Origin: Eledone cirrhosa
Taxonomy: Eukaryota
Reading direction: 5' to 3'
Assembly: GCA_964016885.1 (NCBI GenBank)
Contig: OZ024740.1
Location: forward strand, 71,796,001 to 71,860,000
Length of the DNA stretch: 64,000 nt
Every line of letters starts with the position of its first letter. The stretch's first letter is position 1. Shown here one piece after another: positions 32,251 to 47,700 of this stretch. Below the pieces are notes generated by a model. That model searched no databases. It was not told where the DNA came from and saw only the letters and a program-made list of their open reading frames with translations. The translations under genes and the position numbers were made by a program.

Positions 32251-32869
32251 TAAATATAAGTATGTATGTATACGTACATACATATATGTATACAGACGTA
32301 CAGTAGCATGTATATATATACATACAGGCACACATATATACATGCACATATCAGTTTACCGAACATTTATTATAATGCTCGGTTTGTTCGTTTGTAAACA
32401 AACAAACAGCCTGAATTACGCCGTACAGTGTTTAGGCAACCACGTCACCTTTTTGTTCAACACTGACACAGGAACGATGTACTAGTTTCAAGCTTGTTAG
32501 CTATCGTCAACACCGTATACCCTTCTGCCAGATGGTTGAACATTGGAAAGTATATACTTTCCTTATGAAAATTAACGGCTGAGCAGAAGGTATACGGTGC
32601 TGACGATAGCTAACAAGCTTGAAACTAGTACATCGTTCCTGTGTCAGTGTTGAACAAAAAGGTGACGTGGTTGCCTTAACACCGTACGGCATAAATCAGG
32701 CTGTCCGTTTGTTTACAAACGGACAAAGCGAGCGTTATAATAAACGTTCGCTAAACTGATACGTACATATATATATGTGTACCTGTATGTATATATATAT
32801 ATATATATATATGCATGCTACTGTACGTCTGTATACATATATGTATGTACGTATACATACTTACATTTA
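32251..32869. mobile_element. Head-to-head palindrome of hammerhead mini-element H4
   Basis: 32251-32529 is an imperfect reverse complement of 32583-32869; hammerhead motif in each arm. Confidence 0.8.
32594..32636 (+). ncRNA. Minimal type I hammerhead ribozyme motif, predicted cleavage after GUA at 32630
   Basis: Stem I ACGGTG/CATCGT; core CTGACGA; stem II AGCT-AACA-AGCT (U.U at base); GAAA; palindromic ACTAGT; mirror at 32474-32516 (-) has TTGACGA. Confidence 0.75.
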
Positions 32870-32973
32870 TATATATACAGATATATATATACACAGATAT
32901 ATATATACACACATACATATATATATATATACATATATATATATACATAATATATGCATACATAATATATATA

Positions 32974-35111
32974 CATCATCATCATCATCGTTTAACGTCC
33001 ATGTTCCACGCTTGCATGGGTTTGGACGGGAGTTTTCCCACTTGAGGCAAGAGTGGTTGTCTTGCTCCCATAGGACTGTCTGGCGGGTTTTCTACAGCTG
33101 GATGCCCTTCCTAACACCAACCACATTTACAGTGTGGGGCTGGGAGGTTTTTACCATGTTGCCTACACGGCCACATTACAGCGTGGACTGTGTGTTTTTT
33201 TGTCGTGACACCTACACAAACTCATTTGTTTCGGCCTGGATGTTGTGGCACCAACATAACTTTACATTGAAAGGGTCGGTGTGGATAGGGTGGGGGTGGT
33301 GGGACGGGGGTGTGTTTTGTTAGAGATGCCTACTGACTGTAGTAGGTTTTACTTTGTATTTCAGGTAAGGCGGGTCTTCTCTATTACTGAGTACCGCCAA
33401 AGATCTCGGTCCAGTGACATTGTCTTGGAGAGGTGTAAGTGTGTGAGGTCGGAATTTATCGGGTCGTCCCAGGTTTTTCTGGGTCTGCCTACTCCGTGGC
33501 TACCGTCTATCTTTATTGCCCTGCAGTTTTTTATACAGCTGTCGTCTTTCATGCGCATCACGTGACCATACCAACGTAGCCTTCTCTCGACTAAACAACA
33601 TCTGATCCCTCTTATTTCTAATTTTTCCCTTAGTTCGTTTATGCTTTGCCGTTCGCATATATTACTATTACACATCCAGCGGAGCATGCAAGCTTCGTTC
33701 CTCTCTAGTCTGCGTATATCCACTGCACACAATGCCCAGGTCTCACTGCCATGCAACATTGCTGTTCGTATGCAGGCATCATACAGCCTGCCTTTCATTT
33801 TTAGGGAGAACCCTTTAGCGGCTAATAGTGGTATAAGCTCTCTGAACTTTTTCCATCCAGTTCTGACTCTAGCTACTGTACTTTCAGAGCACCCTCCCCC
33901 ACTGCTGATTTTGTCACCCAGGTAACGGAAGCTGTCCACTATTTCTATAGAACCCTCTGTGCAATTGAAAGAGCTAGTATTTTGTGGGCACTTGCTGCTA
34001 CTTATTGCACCAGAGCACCGGCCACATGTAAAATCTATGTTCTTAGTTAGCTTACCTGTGATCCCACTACATCTTTTATGCACCCATACTTTGCATTTGG
34101 GACATAAAATGGAGTTTCTACCTACGCCTTTCCTACACACTGAGCATGGGCATTTCCTGGAAGGGACCGGCGCCTTATTTTCTTTCCTACAAACTAGAAC
34201 TTTAGTCTTAGCCAGGTTAATTTTAAGGCCTTTTGATTCGAGGCCATGCTTCCATGTTTAGAATTTCTTCTCTAGCTCGGCCATTGATTCAGCTATGAGC
34301 GTTAGATCATCTGCGTATAGGAGTTCCCATGGGCAGCCGGTCTTGAACTCCACTGTTATAGCCTGTAGGGCAATAATAAATAGTAGGGGGTTAAGAACAG
34401 AGCCCTGATGAACACCAACTTTTACGCTAAACTCTTCACTATATTCGTTGTTAATTCTAACCTTGCTGACTGTTTCTTTATACATGGCTTGTATAGCTCT
34501 CACAAGCCATTCATCAACACCTAGTTTTCTAAGAGCCCACCAGATAATGGAACGGGGGACTCTGTCGAAGGCTTTCTCCAAGTCAACAAAAGCTAAGTAT
34601 AGGGGTTTACTTTTAGCTAGGTACTTCTGTATTTGTCGTACAATGAAAAGAGCGTCTGTGGTACTTTTGCCTGACACAAACCCGAACTGCATTTCATCTA
34701 GATCAATTCTCTCTCTGATTAGTTGCACTATTACTTTTTCCGTGACCTTCATGACCTGGTCGATTAATTTAATGCCTCTATAGTTACTCCTATCTAGGGC
34801 GTCTCCTCTACCCTTGTAACAGTTAATGATGATGCTCCTATGCCAGACCTTTGGAACAAGCACATTCTGTATGACTTCGTTTACTATCCGGGTGACCATG
34901 GTGTGTCCCATCATTCCAGAGGCTTTCAGCATCTCAGCAACTATTTCCGAAGGCCCAGCCGCCTTACCCGTCTTCATATCTTTGATAGCCTTACTTATTA
35001 TACTACCTTCAACTAACACTGCTGGTCCCTCTATTGGATCGATCTGGGAGAGACTATCCTTTTCCCATTTATTCTCCTCATTTAGTAGCCTTTCGTAGTG
35101 ACACTTCCAAG

Positions 35112-35114
<3 letters not shown>
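32974..35114 (-). mobile_element. RTE-A variant copy, 5'-truncated, with premature stop at 34258
   Basis: ORFs 34258-35114 and 33361-34140 encode RT; 3' UTR and (CAT)n. Confidence 0.93.
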
Positions 35115-35166
<52 letters not shown>

Positions 35167-35438
35167 TATATACATATATATATATACACACACATATATA
35201 TATACATATATACACACATATATATATACATATATACACACATATATATATATATATATACACACATATATATATACACACATATATATATACATATATA
35301 TATTTATACACACATATATATATACATATATATATATATACACACATATATATATACACACATATATATATACATATATATATATATGCACACATATATA
35401 TATACATATATATATATATACACACATATATATATACA

Positions 35439-35882
35439 TGGGGAGACCCAAGATGACTTGGGATGAGGTGATAAAAGCCGACCTTACCCAACTACACCTC
35501 TCAAAGTCAATGACACACGACCGTGACTTCTGGCGTCACGCAGTAATACAGGGTACCCGACCTCCCATGGGTACATGCTGAAGCATATAAACAATATGCC
35601 CCCCCCCCCCCACCGCAAGGTGGTCGTGGAGGTGCCACGGCAAAAAAGCACCCAGCCCACACTGTAAAGTGGACGTGTAGGCGCCACGAAAAAGCACCCA
35701 GCACTCACTGTAAATGAGGTTGGTGTTAGGAAGGGCATCCAGCTGTAGAAATCAAGCCAGATCAGTTCCTGTATGAGCAAGGCATGGTCAGCCGACCAGA
35801 CACTGCCCACAACAGGACAACCCGTCTAACCCATGCTAGCGTGGAAGAACGGACGTAAAACGGTGATGATGATGATGATGAT
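35439..35882 (+). mobile_element. RTE-C 3' fragment with longer (undeleted) 3' UTR
   Basis: Identical to 28457-28800 apart from an extra ~100 nt at 35593-35693. Confidence 0.9.
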
Positions 35883-35924
35883 ATATACACACATATATAT
35901 ATACATATATATATATATACACAC

Positions 35925-35981
<57 letters not shown>

Positions 35982-36026
35982 CATATATATATACATATAT
36001 ATATATACACATATATATATACACAC

Positions 36027-36057
<31 letters not shown>

Positions 36058-36127
36058 CATATATATATATACATACATATATATATATATATATACATAC
36101 ATATACATATATATAGATATATATAAA

Positions 36128-38987
36128 TCATCATCATCATCAACGTTTAACGTCCGTGTTCCACGCTTGCATGGGTTTGGACGGGGGTAGTCACACTTGA
36201 GGCAAGAGTGATTGTCTTGCTCGCATAGGACTGTCTGGCAGGTTTTCTACAGTTGGATGCCCTTCCTAACACCAACCACATTTACAGTGTGGGTCTGGGA
36301 GGTTTTTACCGTGTTGCCTACACGGCCACATTACAGTGTGGACTGTGTGTTTTTTTGTCGTGACACCTACACGATCTCATTTGTTTCGGCCTGGATGGCG
36401 CGGCACCAACATAACTTTACATAGAACGGGGTGGTGTGGATGGGGTGGGACGGGGTGTATTTTGTTAGAGATGCCTACTGGCTGGAGTAGGTTTTACTAT
36501 ATATTTAGGTAAGGCGGGTCTTCTCTGTTACTGAGTACCGCCAAAGGTCTCGGTCCAGTGACATTGTCTTGGAGAGGTGTAAGTGTGTGATGTCGGAGTT
36601 TATCAGCTCGTCCCAGGTTTTTCTAGGTCTGCCTATTCTGTGACTACCGTCTATCTTTATTGCCCTGCACTTTGTTATACAGCTATCGACTTTCATGCGC
36701 ATCACGTGTCCATACCAACGTAGCCTTCTCTCGAGTAAACAACATCTGATCCCTCTTATCTCTAATTTTTTCCTTAGTTCGTTTATGCTTTGCCGTTCAC
36801 GTATATTACTGTTACACATCCAGCGGAGCATGCAAGCTTCGTTCCTCTCTAGTCTGCGTATATCCTCTGCACACAATGCCCAGGTCTCACTGCCATGCAG
36901 CATTGCTGTTCGTATGCAGGCATCGTACAACCTGCCTTTCATTTTTAGGGAGAACCCTTTAGCAGCTAATAGTGGTATAAGCTCTCTGAACTTTTTCCAA
37001 CCAGTTCTGACTAGCTACAGTACTTTCAGAGCACCCTCCCCCACTGCTGATTTTATCGCCCAGGTAACGGAAGCTGTCCACTATTTCTATAGAACCCTCT
37101 GTGCAATTGAAAGAGCTAGTATTTTGTGGGCACTTGCTGCTACTTATTGCACCAGAACACCGGCCACATGTAAAATCTATGTTCTTAGTTAGCTTACCTG
37201 TGATCCCACTACATCTTTTATGCACCCATACTTTGCATTTAGGACATAAAATGGAGTTTCTACCTACGCCTTTCCTACACACCGAGCACGACCATTTCCC
37301 AGAAGGGACCGCCGCCTTGTTTTCTTTCCTACAAACTAGAACTTTGGTCTTAGCCAGGTTAATTTTAAGTCCTTTTGACTCTAGGCCGTGCTTCCATGTT
37401 TGGAATTTCTTCTCTAGCTCGGCCATTGATTCCGCTATGAGTGTCAGGTCGTCTGCGTATAGGAGTTCCCATGGGCAGCCTGTCTTGAACTCCTCTGTTA
37501 TAGCCTGAAGGGCAATAATAAATAGTAGGGGGCTGAGAACAGAGCCCTGATGGACGCCAACTTTTACGCTAAACTCTTCACTATATTCGTTGTTAATTCT
37601 AACCTTGCTGACTGTTTCTTTATACATGGCTTGTATAGCCCTCACAAGCCATTCGTCAACGCCTAGTTTTCTAAGAGCCCACCAGATAATGGAGCGGGGG
37701 ACTCTGTCGAAGGCTTTCTCCAAGTCGACAAAAGCTAAGTAGAGGGGTTTACCTTTAGTTAGGTACTTCTCCTGTAGTTGTCGTACTATGAAAAGAGCGT
37801 CTGTGGTACTTTTGCCTGACACAAACCCGAACTGCATTTCATCTAGGTCAATTCTCTCTCTGATTAGTTGCGCTATTACTTTTTCCGTGACCTTCATGAC
37901 CTGGTCGATTAATTTAATGCCTCTATAGTTACTCCTATCTAGGGTGTCTCCTTTACCCTTATAACAGTTAACGATGATGCTGCTATGCCAGTCCTTCGGA
38001 ACAACCCCATTCTGTACGACTTGGTTAACTATGCGGGTGACCATGGTGTGTCCCACCGTGCCAGATGCCTTCAGCATCTCAGCAACTATTTCCGAAGTTC
38101 CAGCCGCCTTACCCGTCTTCATATCCTTGATTGCTTTACTTATTATACTCCCCTCGACTAACACTGCTGGTCCCTCTATTGGGTCGATATGGGGGAGACT
38201 GTCTTTCTCCCATTTATTCTCCTCATTTAGTAGCCTTTCATAGTGACACTTCCAAGCTACCTTCTTATCAGCGTCGGTGATGGCAAGTGTGCCATCGTCG
38301 TTTAGTACACACTTCTCCCCGACAATATCACGGTTTTCCTTGACGCATTGCCTAGCAATCCTGAAGACCTCACGTTTTTGGTCATCGCGTTGTAGAACAT
38401 GCTTGAACTTTCTTTCCTCAGCTTCCCTTCTTGCTAAGTACACTTGTCTCCTAGCTTCCCTCCTGGCCACTTGATAGTCTTCTCTACTTCCCCCATCCCG
38501 CCATACTTTCCAAGCCTGCTTTTTGGCCTTAATTGACCCCTCCACCTTACTGTTCCACCACCATGTTACTCTCCTCCTGCCTACAGGCCTGCTCCAGCCA
38601 CAGACTTCGTCTGTCGCCAACAGCAGGTTTGCTTTCAGAAATTCCCACTCTCCCTCTATATTGTCCGACTCTAAATGTTCTTCCTTACTGTCGAAAGCAT
38701 CAAGTAATATGCTTTGAAATTTATTCCTGGCTGTGGGGTCCTTTAGCTTCCATATTTTTCTCCTGAGGATAGTCCTCTTCTGCTGTCGAGTACGTCTCGT
38801 CCTGACTATGAGGTCGCTAATTATCAGTCTATGTTGGGAGGTGCATTCTTCATGGGGGAGGGATTTAGTGTTTACAACAGACACTCTGTCACGTCTTCTG
38901 GTAAGGATATAATCTACCTGGCTTGTGTGTTCCTCGGATCTATAGGTGATCAGGTGATTGTCACGTTTTTTGAAGTTAGTGTTACAG
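36128..38987 (-). mobile_element. RTE-A LINE truncated inside the endonuclease; 2-bp frameshift at ~37011
   Basis: ORFs 36959-38987 and 36505-36942 almost identical to 13202-15678. Confidence 0.95.
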
Positions 38988-39189
38988 TATATATACATAT
39001 ACATACATATATATAAATATATATAAATATATATACATATACATACATATATACATATACATACATATATACATATACATTCTAATAAATATTGGCGGCC
39101 ATCTTGTTACCCATAGGCAGATCTCACACAATGCAGCCTCGACAGAAGAATACTGCTTGACTATGGCAGACAATTGATATACCCAGAAC

Positions 39190-39516
39190 ACCATAGTGAA
39201 ATACCAATATATGGAACATTACATTTATGTAACACTCTTTCCTTATTTTAATTTATATTCGTTTTGAAGTTCCGATGAGCTGCTCTATTTTTACCTATGT
39301 TAATTATTTTCAACTGAACCAGATCAGTCATGATCTATAATCATTTGATCCAGAAATATTATATGGAGTAGCGAAACAATTGTAAACGGACATTATTATT
39401 ATTAATATTATTATTATTATTCTCTACATTCCTTACATCAAACTAAAATATGTTGACAATCTTTTAATAATGTCTTCCTTGTGAAATCTGTGGTCTTGTT
39501 TTGCTTAACTAATGAA
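39190..39516 (+). mobile_element. Hammerhead mini-element H1, second copy (motif at 39269-39387)
   Basis: GTT CCGATGA GCTGCTCTAT...ATGGAGTAGC GAAA CAATTG TA AAC; 3' end abuts TA array. Confidence 0.65.
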
Positions 39517-39936
39517 TATATATATACATATATATATATATATACATACATATATATATATATACATACATATATATATATATACATACATATACATATA
39601 TATACATACACATATATATACATACACATATATATACATACATATACATATATATACATACATATACATATATATACATATACATATATACATATACATA
39701 CATATACATATATGCATATACATATATATACATACATATACATATATACATATACATATATATACATATATATATATACAAATATATACATATATATATA
39801 TACATATATATACATATATATATATACATATATATATATACAAATATATACATATATATATATACATATATATACATATATATATACATATACATATATA
39901 TATATATACATATATATATATACATATACATATATA

Positions 39937-40161
39937 TCATCATTCATCATCATTCCATTTTATGTTCACTATTTCCCTGCTTGCAAGGGCGGGACGGGAA
40001 CTGATTCTGGCTTGATTTCTACAGCTGGATGCCCTTCCTCACACCAACCTCATTTACAGTGAGTGCTGGGTGCTTTTTTTGCCGTGGCACCTCCACGACC
40101 ACTTTGCAGTGGAATGATATGGACCCCAGTCCCTATCATCTCATTTCTACAGCTGAGTAAA
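39937..40161 (-). mobile_element. SINE1, 5'-truncated
   Basis: Matches 417-643. Confidence 0.85.
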
Positions 40162-40227
40162 ACATACGTACTTGCCATTTAAACTCGCTAGGAATGTAGC
40201 TTCTAATTTGAATGGAAAGAGACGGAT

Positions 40228-40298
40228 GATGTGTTGGTGTAATGGTAGCACAGTGGTCGCGATAACCAAAGATGTGGGTTCGACTCCCATGTATGTCA
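40228..40298 (+). pseudogene. tRNA-like sequence (pseudo-tRNA or SINE head)
   Basis: A box TGGTGTAATGG, D stem GTGT/GCAC, T arm ATGTGGGTTCGACTCCCAT; G.U-rich acceptor stem and non-canonical anticodon loop. Confidence 0.55.
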
Positions 40299-40434
40299 AT
40301 ACTCATCTTCTTCCATTTATCTGCGGGTTCTAAACCCCATTATCAGGCTAACATTCCTTTAGTCAAAAATACGGTGAAAGCTATTCTATTTTCTAATTTC
40401 AAACCTGCTCACTGTTTCAAAACATACTTACTTG

Positions 40435-40471
<37 letters not shown>

Positions 40472-40828
40472 CATATATACACACATTCATATATATATAT
40501 ATATAGACATATATATATATATATATACACACATATATATATATATATATACACATATATATATATATATACACATATATATATATATATACACATATAT
40601 ATATATATATATACACATATATATATATACACATATATATATATATATATACACATATATATATATACACATATATATATACACATATATATATATATAC
40701 ACATATATATATATATACACATATATATATATATATATACACACATATATATATACACACATATATATATACACATATATATATATATACACATATATAT
40801 ATATATACACATATATATATATATACAC

Positions 40829-40863
<35 letters not shown>

Positions 40864-41952
40864 CACATATATATATATACATATATATATACATATATAT
40901 ATATATATACACATATATATATATACATATATATATACATATACACATATATATATATACATATATATATACATATACACATATATATATATACATATAT
41001 ATATACATATACACATATATATATATACATATATATATACATATACACATATATATATACATATATATATACACACATATATATATACACATATATATAT
41101 ACACACATATATATATACATACATATATATATACACACATATATATATACACATATATATATACACACATATATATACACATATATATATATATACATAT
41201 ACACACATATATATACATATACACATATATATACATATACACACATATATATACATATACACACATATATATATACATATACACACATATATATACATAT
41301 ACACACATATATATATACATATACACACATATATATATACATATACACACATATATATATACATATACACACATATATACACATATATATATATACACAT
41401 ATATATATACACATATATATATATACACACATATATATATACACATATATATATATACACACATATATATATACACATATATATATATACACACATATAT
41501 ATATATACACACATATATATATATATACAGACATATATATATATACATACATATATATATATACACACACATATATATATATATACACACACATATATAT
41601 ATATATATATATACACACACATATATATATATATATACACACATATATATATATACACACATATATATATATATACACACATATATATATATATACACAC
41701 ACATATATATATATATATACACACACATATATATATATATACACACATATATATATATACACACACATATATATATACACACATATATATATATACACAC
41801 ATATATATATATACACACACATATATATATATATACACATATATATATACACACATATATATATATACACACATATATATATATACACACATATATATAT
41901 ACACACATATATATATATACACACACATATATATATATATATATATACATAT
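40435..41952. repeat. 1.5-kb (TA)nCACA array
   Basis: Direct reading. Confidence 0.97.
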
Positions 41953-42823
41953 ATGGTGGCTGCCAACTCGTTTTCGAGTACAGCCACTACTTTATATCCA
42001 TGTAGGAGAACCTCTACTGGTGCAAAGGCACTGCACAAAACCAGTCCCACTCTCTTAACCAAGATGATATTTACCAAAAAGAAGAAAAAGTCAATATCAT
42101 TGGATACCATCAGGGTTGCAGGTGTTATATCAGAGTTTTCCTTCTCCTAGAATTCTGCCTTGACAAAGGCTAAGGGGTCATCTCTCCCGGATATATACAT
42201 ACATATATATACATATGGTGGCTGCCAACTCGTTTTCGAGTACGGCCACTACTTTATATCCATGTAGGAGAACCCCTACCGATGCGCTGAACGAGTGTGA
42301 CTTTTTAGTCCAGCCAGCGACTTGAAAACTCTGGTACAAACACTACACTTCTGACAATTATTGACACATAGTGCTGGGCCCATGGTACCATGTGATGACA
42401 AGTGCAGAGAGATCTCCAGATATAAAGCAATGCCTGTGCCGTGAAGCTTTTATAGTGAGCAAAGGCACTGCACAAAGCCAGTCCCACTCTCTTAACCAAG
42501 ATGATATTTACCAAAAAGAAGAACAAGTCAACATCATTGGATACCATCAGGGTTGCAGGTGTTATATCAGAGTTTTCCTTCTCCTAGAATTCTGCCTTCA
42601 CAAAGGCTAAGAGTTCATCTCTCCCGGTGATTTTCGATGGCGATTGACTCTTACGAGCTCCTTTGCCCTTTGACAGGTTTTGTTTTTAGTCCTGCAGGAT
42701 GTCCAAAGTCACCCTCCTCACCAAGAAACCTTGGTGGGGTTGCCAGTTTAGTCGCCAACGACCCGACCATGAGAGAGGTTGTACTGGGATACATGTTACC
42801 AGTAGCACCAACTGGTGACCTGA
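41953..42823 (-). mobile_element. Non-coding retroelement-like unit in two tandem copies (41953-42190 internally deleted; 42215-42823 longer)
   Basis: Direct repeat; terminal stem-loop GTGGCTG..CTCG-TTTT-CGAG..CAGCCAC next to TA; CTAGGAGAAGGAAAACTCTGA motif resembling RTE 5' regions. Confidence 0.5.
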
Positions 42824-42837
42824 CATATATACATATA

Positions 42838-42877
<40 letters not shown>

Positions 42878-42901
42878 CATACATATATATATATACATAC
42901 A

Positions 42902-42971
<70 letters not shown>

Positions 42972-43071
42972 CATACATACATATATACATACATACATAC
43001 ATATATACATACATACATACATATATACATACATATATACATACATACATACTTACATACATACTTATATA

Positions 43072-43729
43072 CATCATCATCATCAACGTTTAACGTCCGT
43101 GTTCCACGCTTGCATGGGTTTGGACGGGGGTTTTCCCACTTGAGGCAAGAGTGATTGTCTTGCTCGCATAGGACTGTCTGGCAGGTTTTCTACAGTTGGA
43201 TGCCCTTCCTAACACCAACCACATTTACAGTGTGGGTCTGGGAGGTTTTTACCGTGTTGCCTACACGGCCACATTACAGTGTGGACTGTGTGTTTTTTTG
43301 TCGTGACACCTACACGATCTCATTTGTTTCGGCCTGGATGGTGTGGCACCAACATAACTTTACATAGAAGGGGGCGGTGTGGATGGGGTGGGGGTGGTGG
43401 GACGGGGGTGTATTTTGTTAGAGATGCCTACTGACTGTAGTAGGTTTTACTTTGTATTTAGGTAAGGCGGGTCTTCTCTATTACTGAGTACCGCCAAAGG
43501 TCTCGGTCCAGTGACATTGTCTTGGTGAGGTGTAAGTGTGTGAGGTCGGAGTTTATCAGCTCGTCCCAGGTTTTTCTGGGTCTGCCTATTCCGTGGCTAC
43601 CGTCTATCTTTATTGCCCTGCACTTTGTTATACAGCTATCGTCCTTCATGCGCATCACGTGACCATACCAACGTAGCCTTCTCTCTAGTAAACAACATCT
43701 GATCCCTCTTATTTCTAATTTTTTCCTTA
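43072..43729 (-). mobile_element. RTE-A 3' fragment
   Basis: Encodes KKLEIRGIR...TRLT* plus 3' UTR and (CAT)n. Confidence 0.92.
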
Positions 43730-43738
43730 CATACATAT

Positions 43739-43771
<33 letters not shown>

Positions 43772-44070
43772 CATACATACATATATACATACATATATAC
43801 ATATATATATACATACATACATATATACATACATATATACATACATATATACATACATATATATATACATACATACATATATATATACATACATACATAA
43901 ATACATACATATATATACATACATACATAAATACATATATATATATATACATATATACATACATACATATATATATATACATATATATATATACATACAT
44001 ACATATATATATATACATGCATACATATACATACATACATACATACATATACATACATACATACATATAC

Positions 44071-44101
<31 letters not shown>

Positions 44102-44244
44102 CACATACATATATACATAAATATATATATACATACATATATATACACATACATATACACATACATATATATACACACACATACATATATATACACATAC
44201 ATATATATATACATATATATATACATACATATATATACACATAC

Positions 44245-44309
<65 letters not shown>

Positions 44310-44362
44310 CACATACATATATATACACATACATATATATACATACATATATACACACATAC

Positions 44363-44399
<37 letters not shown>

Positions 44400-44518
44400 C
44401 ATATATATACATACATATACACAGATATACATATACACATATATATATATATACATACATATATACATATACACATATATATATATATACATACATATAT
44501 ATACATATATACATATAC

Positions 44519-44585
<67 letters not shown>

Positions 44586-44595
44586 CATATATATT
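43730..44595. repeat. (TACA)n-rich TA array
   Basis: Direct reading. Confidence 0.97.
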
Positions 44596-45850
44596 AATTA
44601 ACCTGTCTAAGACTAAAGTTCTAGTATGTAGGAAAGAAAATAAGGCACCGGTCCCATCTGGGAAATGGCCATGCTCAGTGTGTAGGAAAGGAGTAGGCAG
44701 AAACTCCATTTTATGTCCCAAATGCAAAGTATGGGTGCATAAAAGATGTAGTGAGATCACAGGTAAGCTAACTAAGAATATAGATTTTATATGTGGCCGG
44801 TGCTCTGGTGCAATAAGTAGCAGCAAGTGCCCACTGAATACTAGCTCATTCCATTGAACAGATGGTTCTATAGAAATAGTGGACACCTTCCGTTACTTGT
44901 GTGACAAAATCAGCAGTGTTGGAGGGTGCTCTGAAAGTACAGTAGCTAGAGTCAGAACTGGATGGAAAAAGTTCAGAGAGCTTATACCACTATTGGCCGC
45001 TAAAGGGTTCTCTCTGAAAATGAAAGGCAAGCTGTATAATGCCTGCATACGAACAGCAATGTTACATGGCAGTGAGACCTGGGCATTGTGTGCAGAGGAT
45101 ATACGCAGACTGGAGAGGAACGAAGCTTGCATGCTCCGCTGGATGTGTAATAGTAATATACATGAACGGCAAAGCATAAACGAACTAAGGGAGAAATTAG
45201 GAATAAGAGGGATCAGATGTTTACTCGAGAGAAGACTACGTTGGTACGGTCACGTGATGCGCATGAAAGACGACAGCTGTATAAAAAAGTGCAGGGCAAT
45301 AAAATTAGACGGTAGCCACGGAGTAGGCAGACCCAGAAAAACCTGGGACGACTTGATAAATTCCGACCTCACACACTTACACCTCGCCAAGACAATGTCA
45401 CTGGACCGAGATCTTTGGTGCTACACAGTAATACAGAAGACCCGCCTTACCTAAGTACAAAGTGAAACCTACTACAGTCAGTAGGCACCTCTAACAAAAA
45501 TACACCCCCGTCCCACTACCCCCACCCCATCCACACCACCCCTTTCAATGTAAAGTTATGTTGGTACCACAATATCCAGTCCGAAACAAACGAGGCCGTG
45601 TAGGTGTCACGACAAAAAACACACAGTCCACGCTGTAATGTGGCCGTGTAGGTAACACGGTAAAAACCTCCCAGTTCACACTGTAAAAGTGGTTGGTGTT
45701 AGGAAGGGCATCCAGCCGTAGAAAACCCGCCAGACAGTCCTATACGAGCAGGACAACCAATCTTGCCTCAAGTGGGAAAACTCCTGTCCAAACCCATGCA
45801 AGCGTGGAAGATGGACGTTAAACGATGATGATGATGATGATGATGATGAT
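44596..45850 (+). mobile_element. Older RTE-A copy, 5'-truncated, stop at 44855
   Basis: INLSKTKVL...PHD...TRLT*; more substitutions than other copies; (GAT)n tail. Confidence 0.92.
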
Positions 45851-46250
45851 GCTTAGCCTGAAGCTATAGTAAAAGACTTTTGTACAAGCTGCCACAATGA
45901 AATCATGTGGTTGCGAAATGAACGTTATAATTAAACAGCTATGCCTGACCGATGCATTATATGTTATTGGTTCTATGATACTCAGTTAATTACCTATCTA
46001 CTTAAAAAAAGTACAACAGGTACAGTCATGGCTCAGAAATTACCAATCTGCTTCAATAGGTACAAGAATGGTCCTGAATATAAAAATATTGCTTTCTCCC
46101 AATCACTGGTTTCAACTTTAATTTCATATCATGGCACCTTCCTATCTTTTACATATCCTTGGAATAACCCAAATCAACTCTTTTGATATCAGATCACATG
46201 AAACCACCCCTGGCTCTATGATACAAAGTGTCTATTTTAAAGTTTTTAAC

Positions 46251-46620
46251 ATCATCATCACAGCTAGATAACTATTTTTCATGCTTGCATGGTTTTGATA
46301 GGTTATCATGTTATGAGGTTAAACAGGTCAAGAGGCCACGCCTTGCTCATACGATTCAATTTTGGTTTAGTTTTCTACAGCTGGATGCCCTTCTTAATGT
46401 CAATCACATTTTAACATGGAGTTGGAGCTTTTTTTTTGTGGCACCAGCACTACCACATTACAGGAGTGGGTGAAAGTGTTTTTGTTGTGTAACCAGTATG
46501 ACCACTATAGGGTGAACTGGGTGCTTTTGTCATGGCATTAGCACTATAACCTTACAGGGTGGACTGGATGCTTTTGTCATGGCACCAGGACGATCACCTT
46601 ACAGGGTGGACTGGGTGTTG
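46251..46620 (-). mobile_element. Decayed RTE-tail/SINE-type repeat
   Basis: (CAT)n, CATGCTTGCATGG, TTTCTACAGCTGGATGCCCTTC and tandem GGCACCAGCAC...ACAGGGTGGACTGG modules. Confidence 0.6.
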
Positions 46621-46840
46621 CTGAGGTCAACTTTACCTTTCATCGTTTCAAGGTTGATAAAAAATTACTAGTACAGTACTGAAGTCAATTCTTCTATATT
46701 TTTTTCTCAGTTCCACTCTGGAAGAAATTGGCTATATTCAGATGGGGAGAGGGGATGGGTTCTTCCAAGTTTAGAAATGCCCAATGCAGGCTGTATGTTA
46801 CTAAGATGCCCCTATGACACCACTAGAAGTTATGGGTCCA

Positions 46841-47591
<751 letters not shown>

Positions 47592-47700
47592 TACATACTA
47601 AATTTAAAGGTTGTGCACAGACCATGGGTCATCAGTGTTGTCCTTTCCTTTTGTGTCTCAACCATAAAAAAATAATTAAATGATAATTAAATTTAAATAA

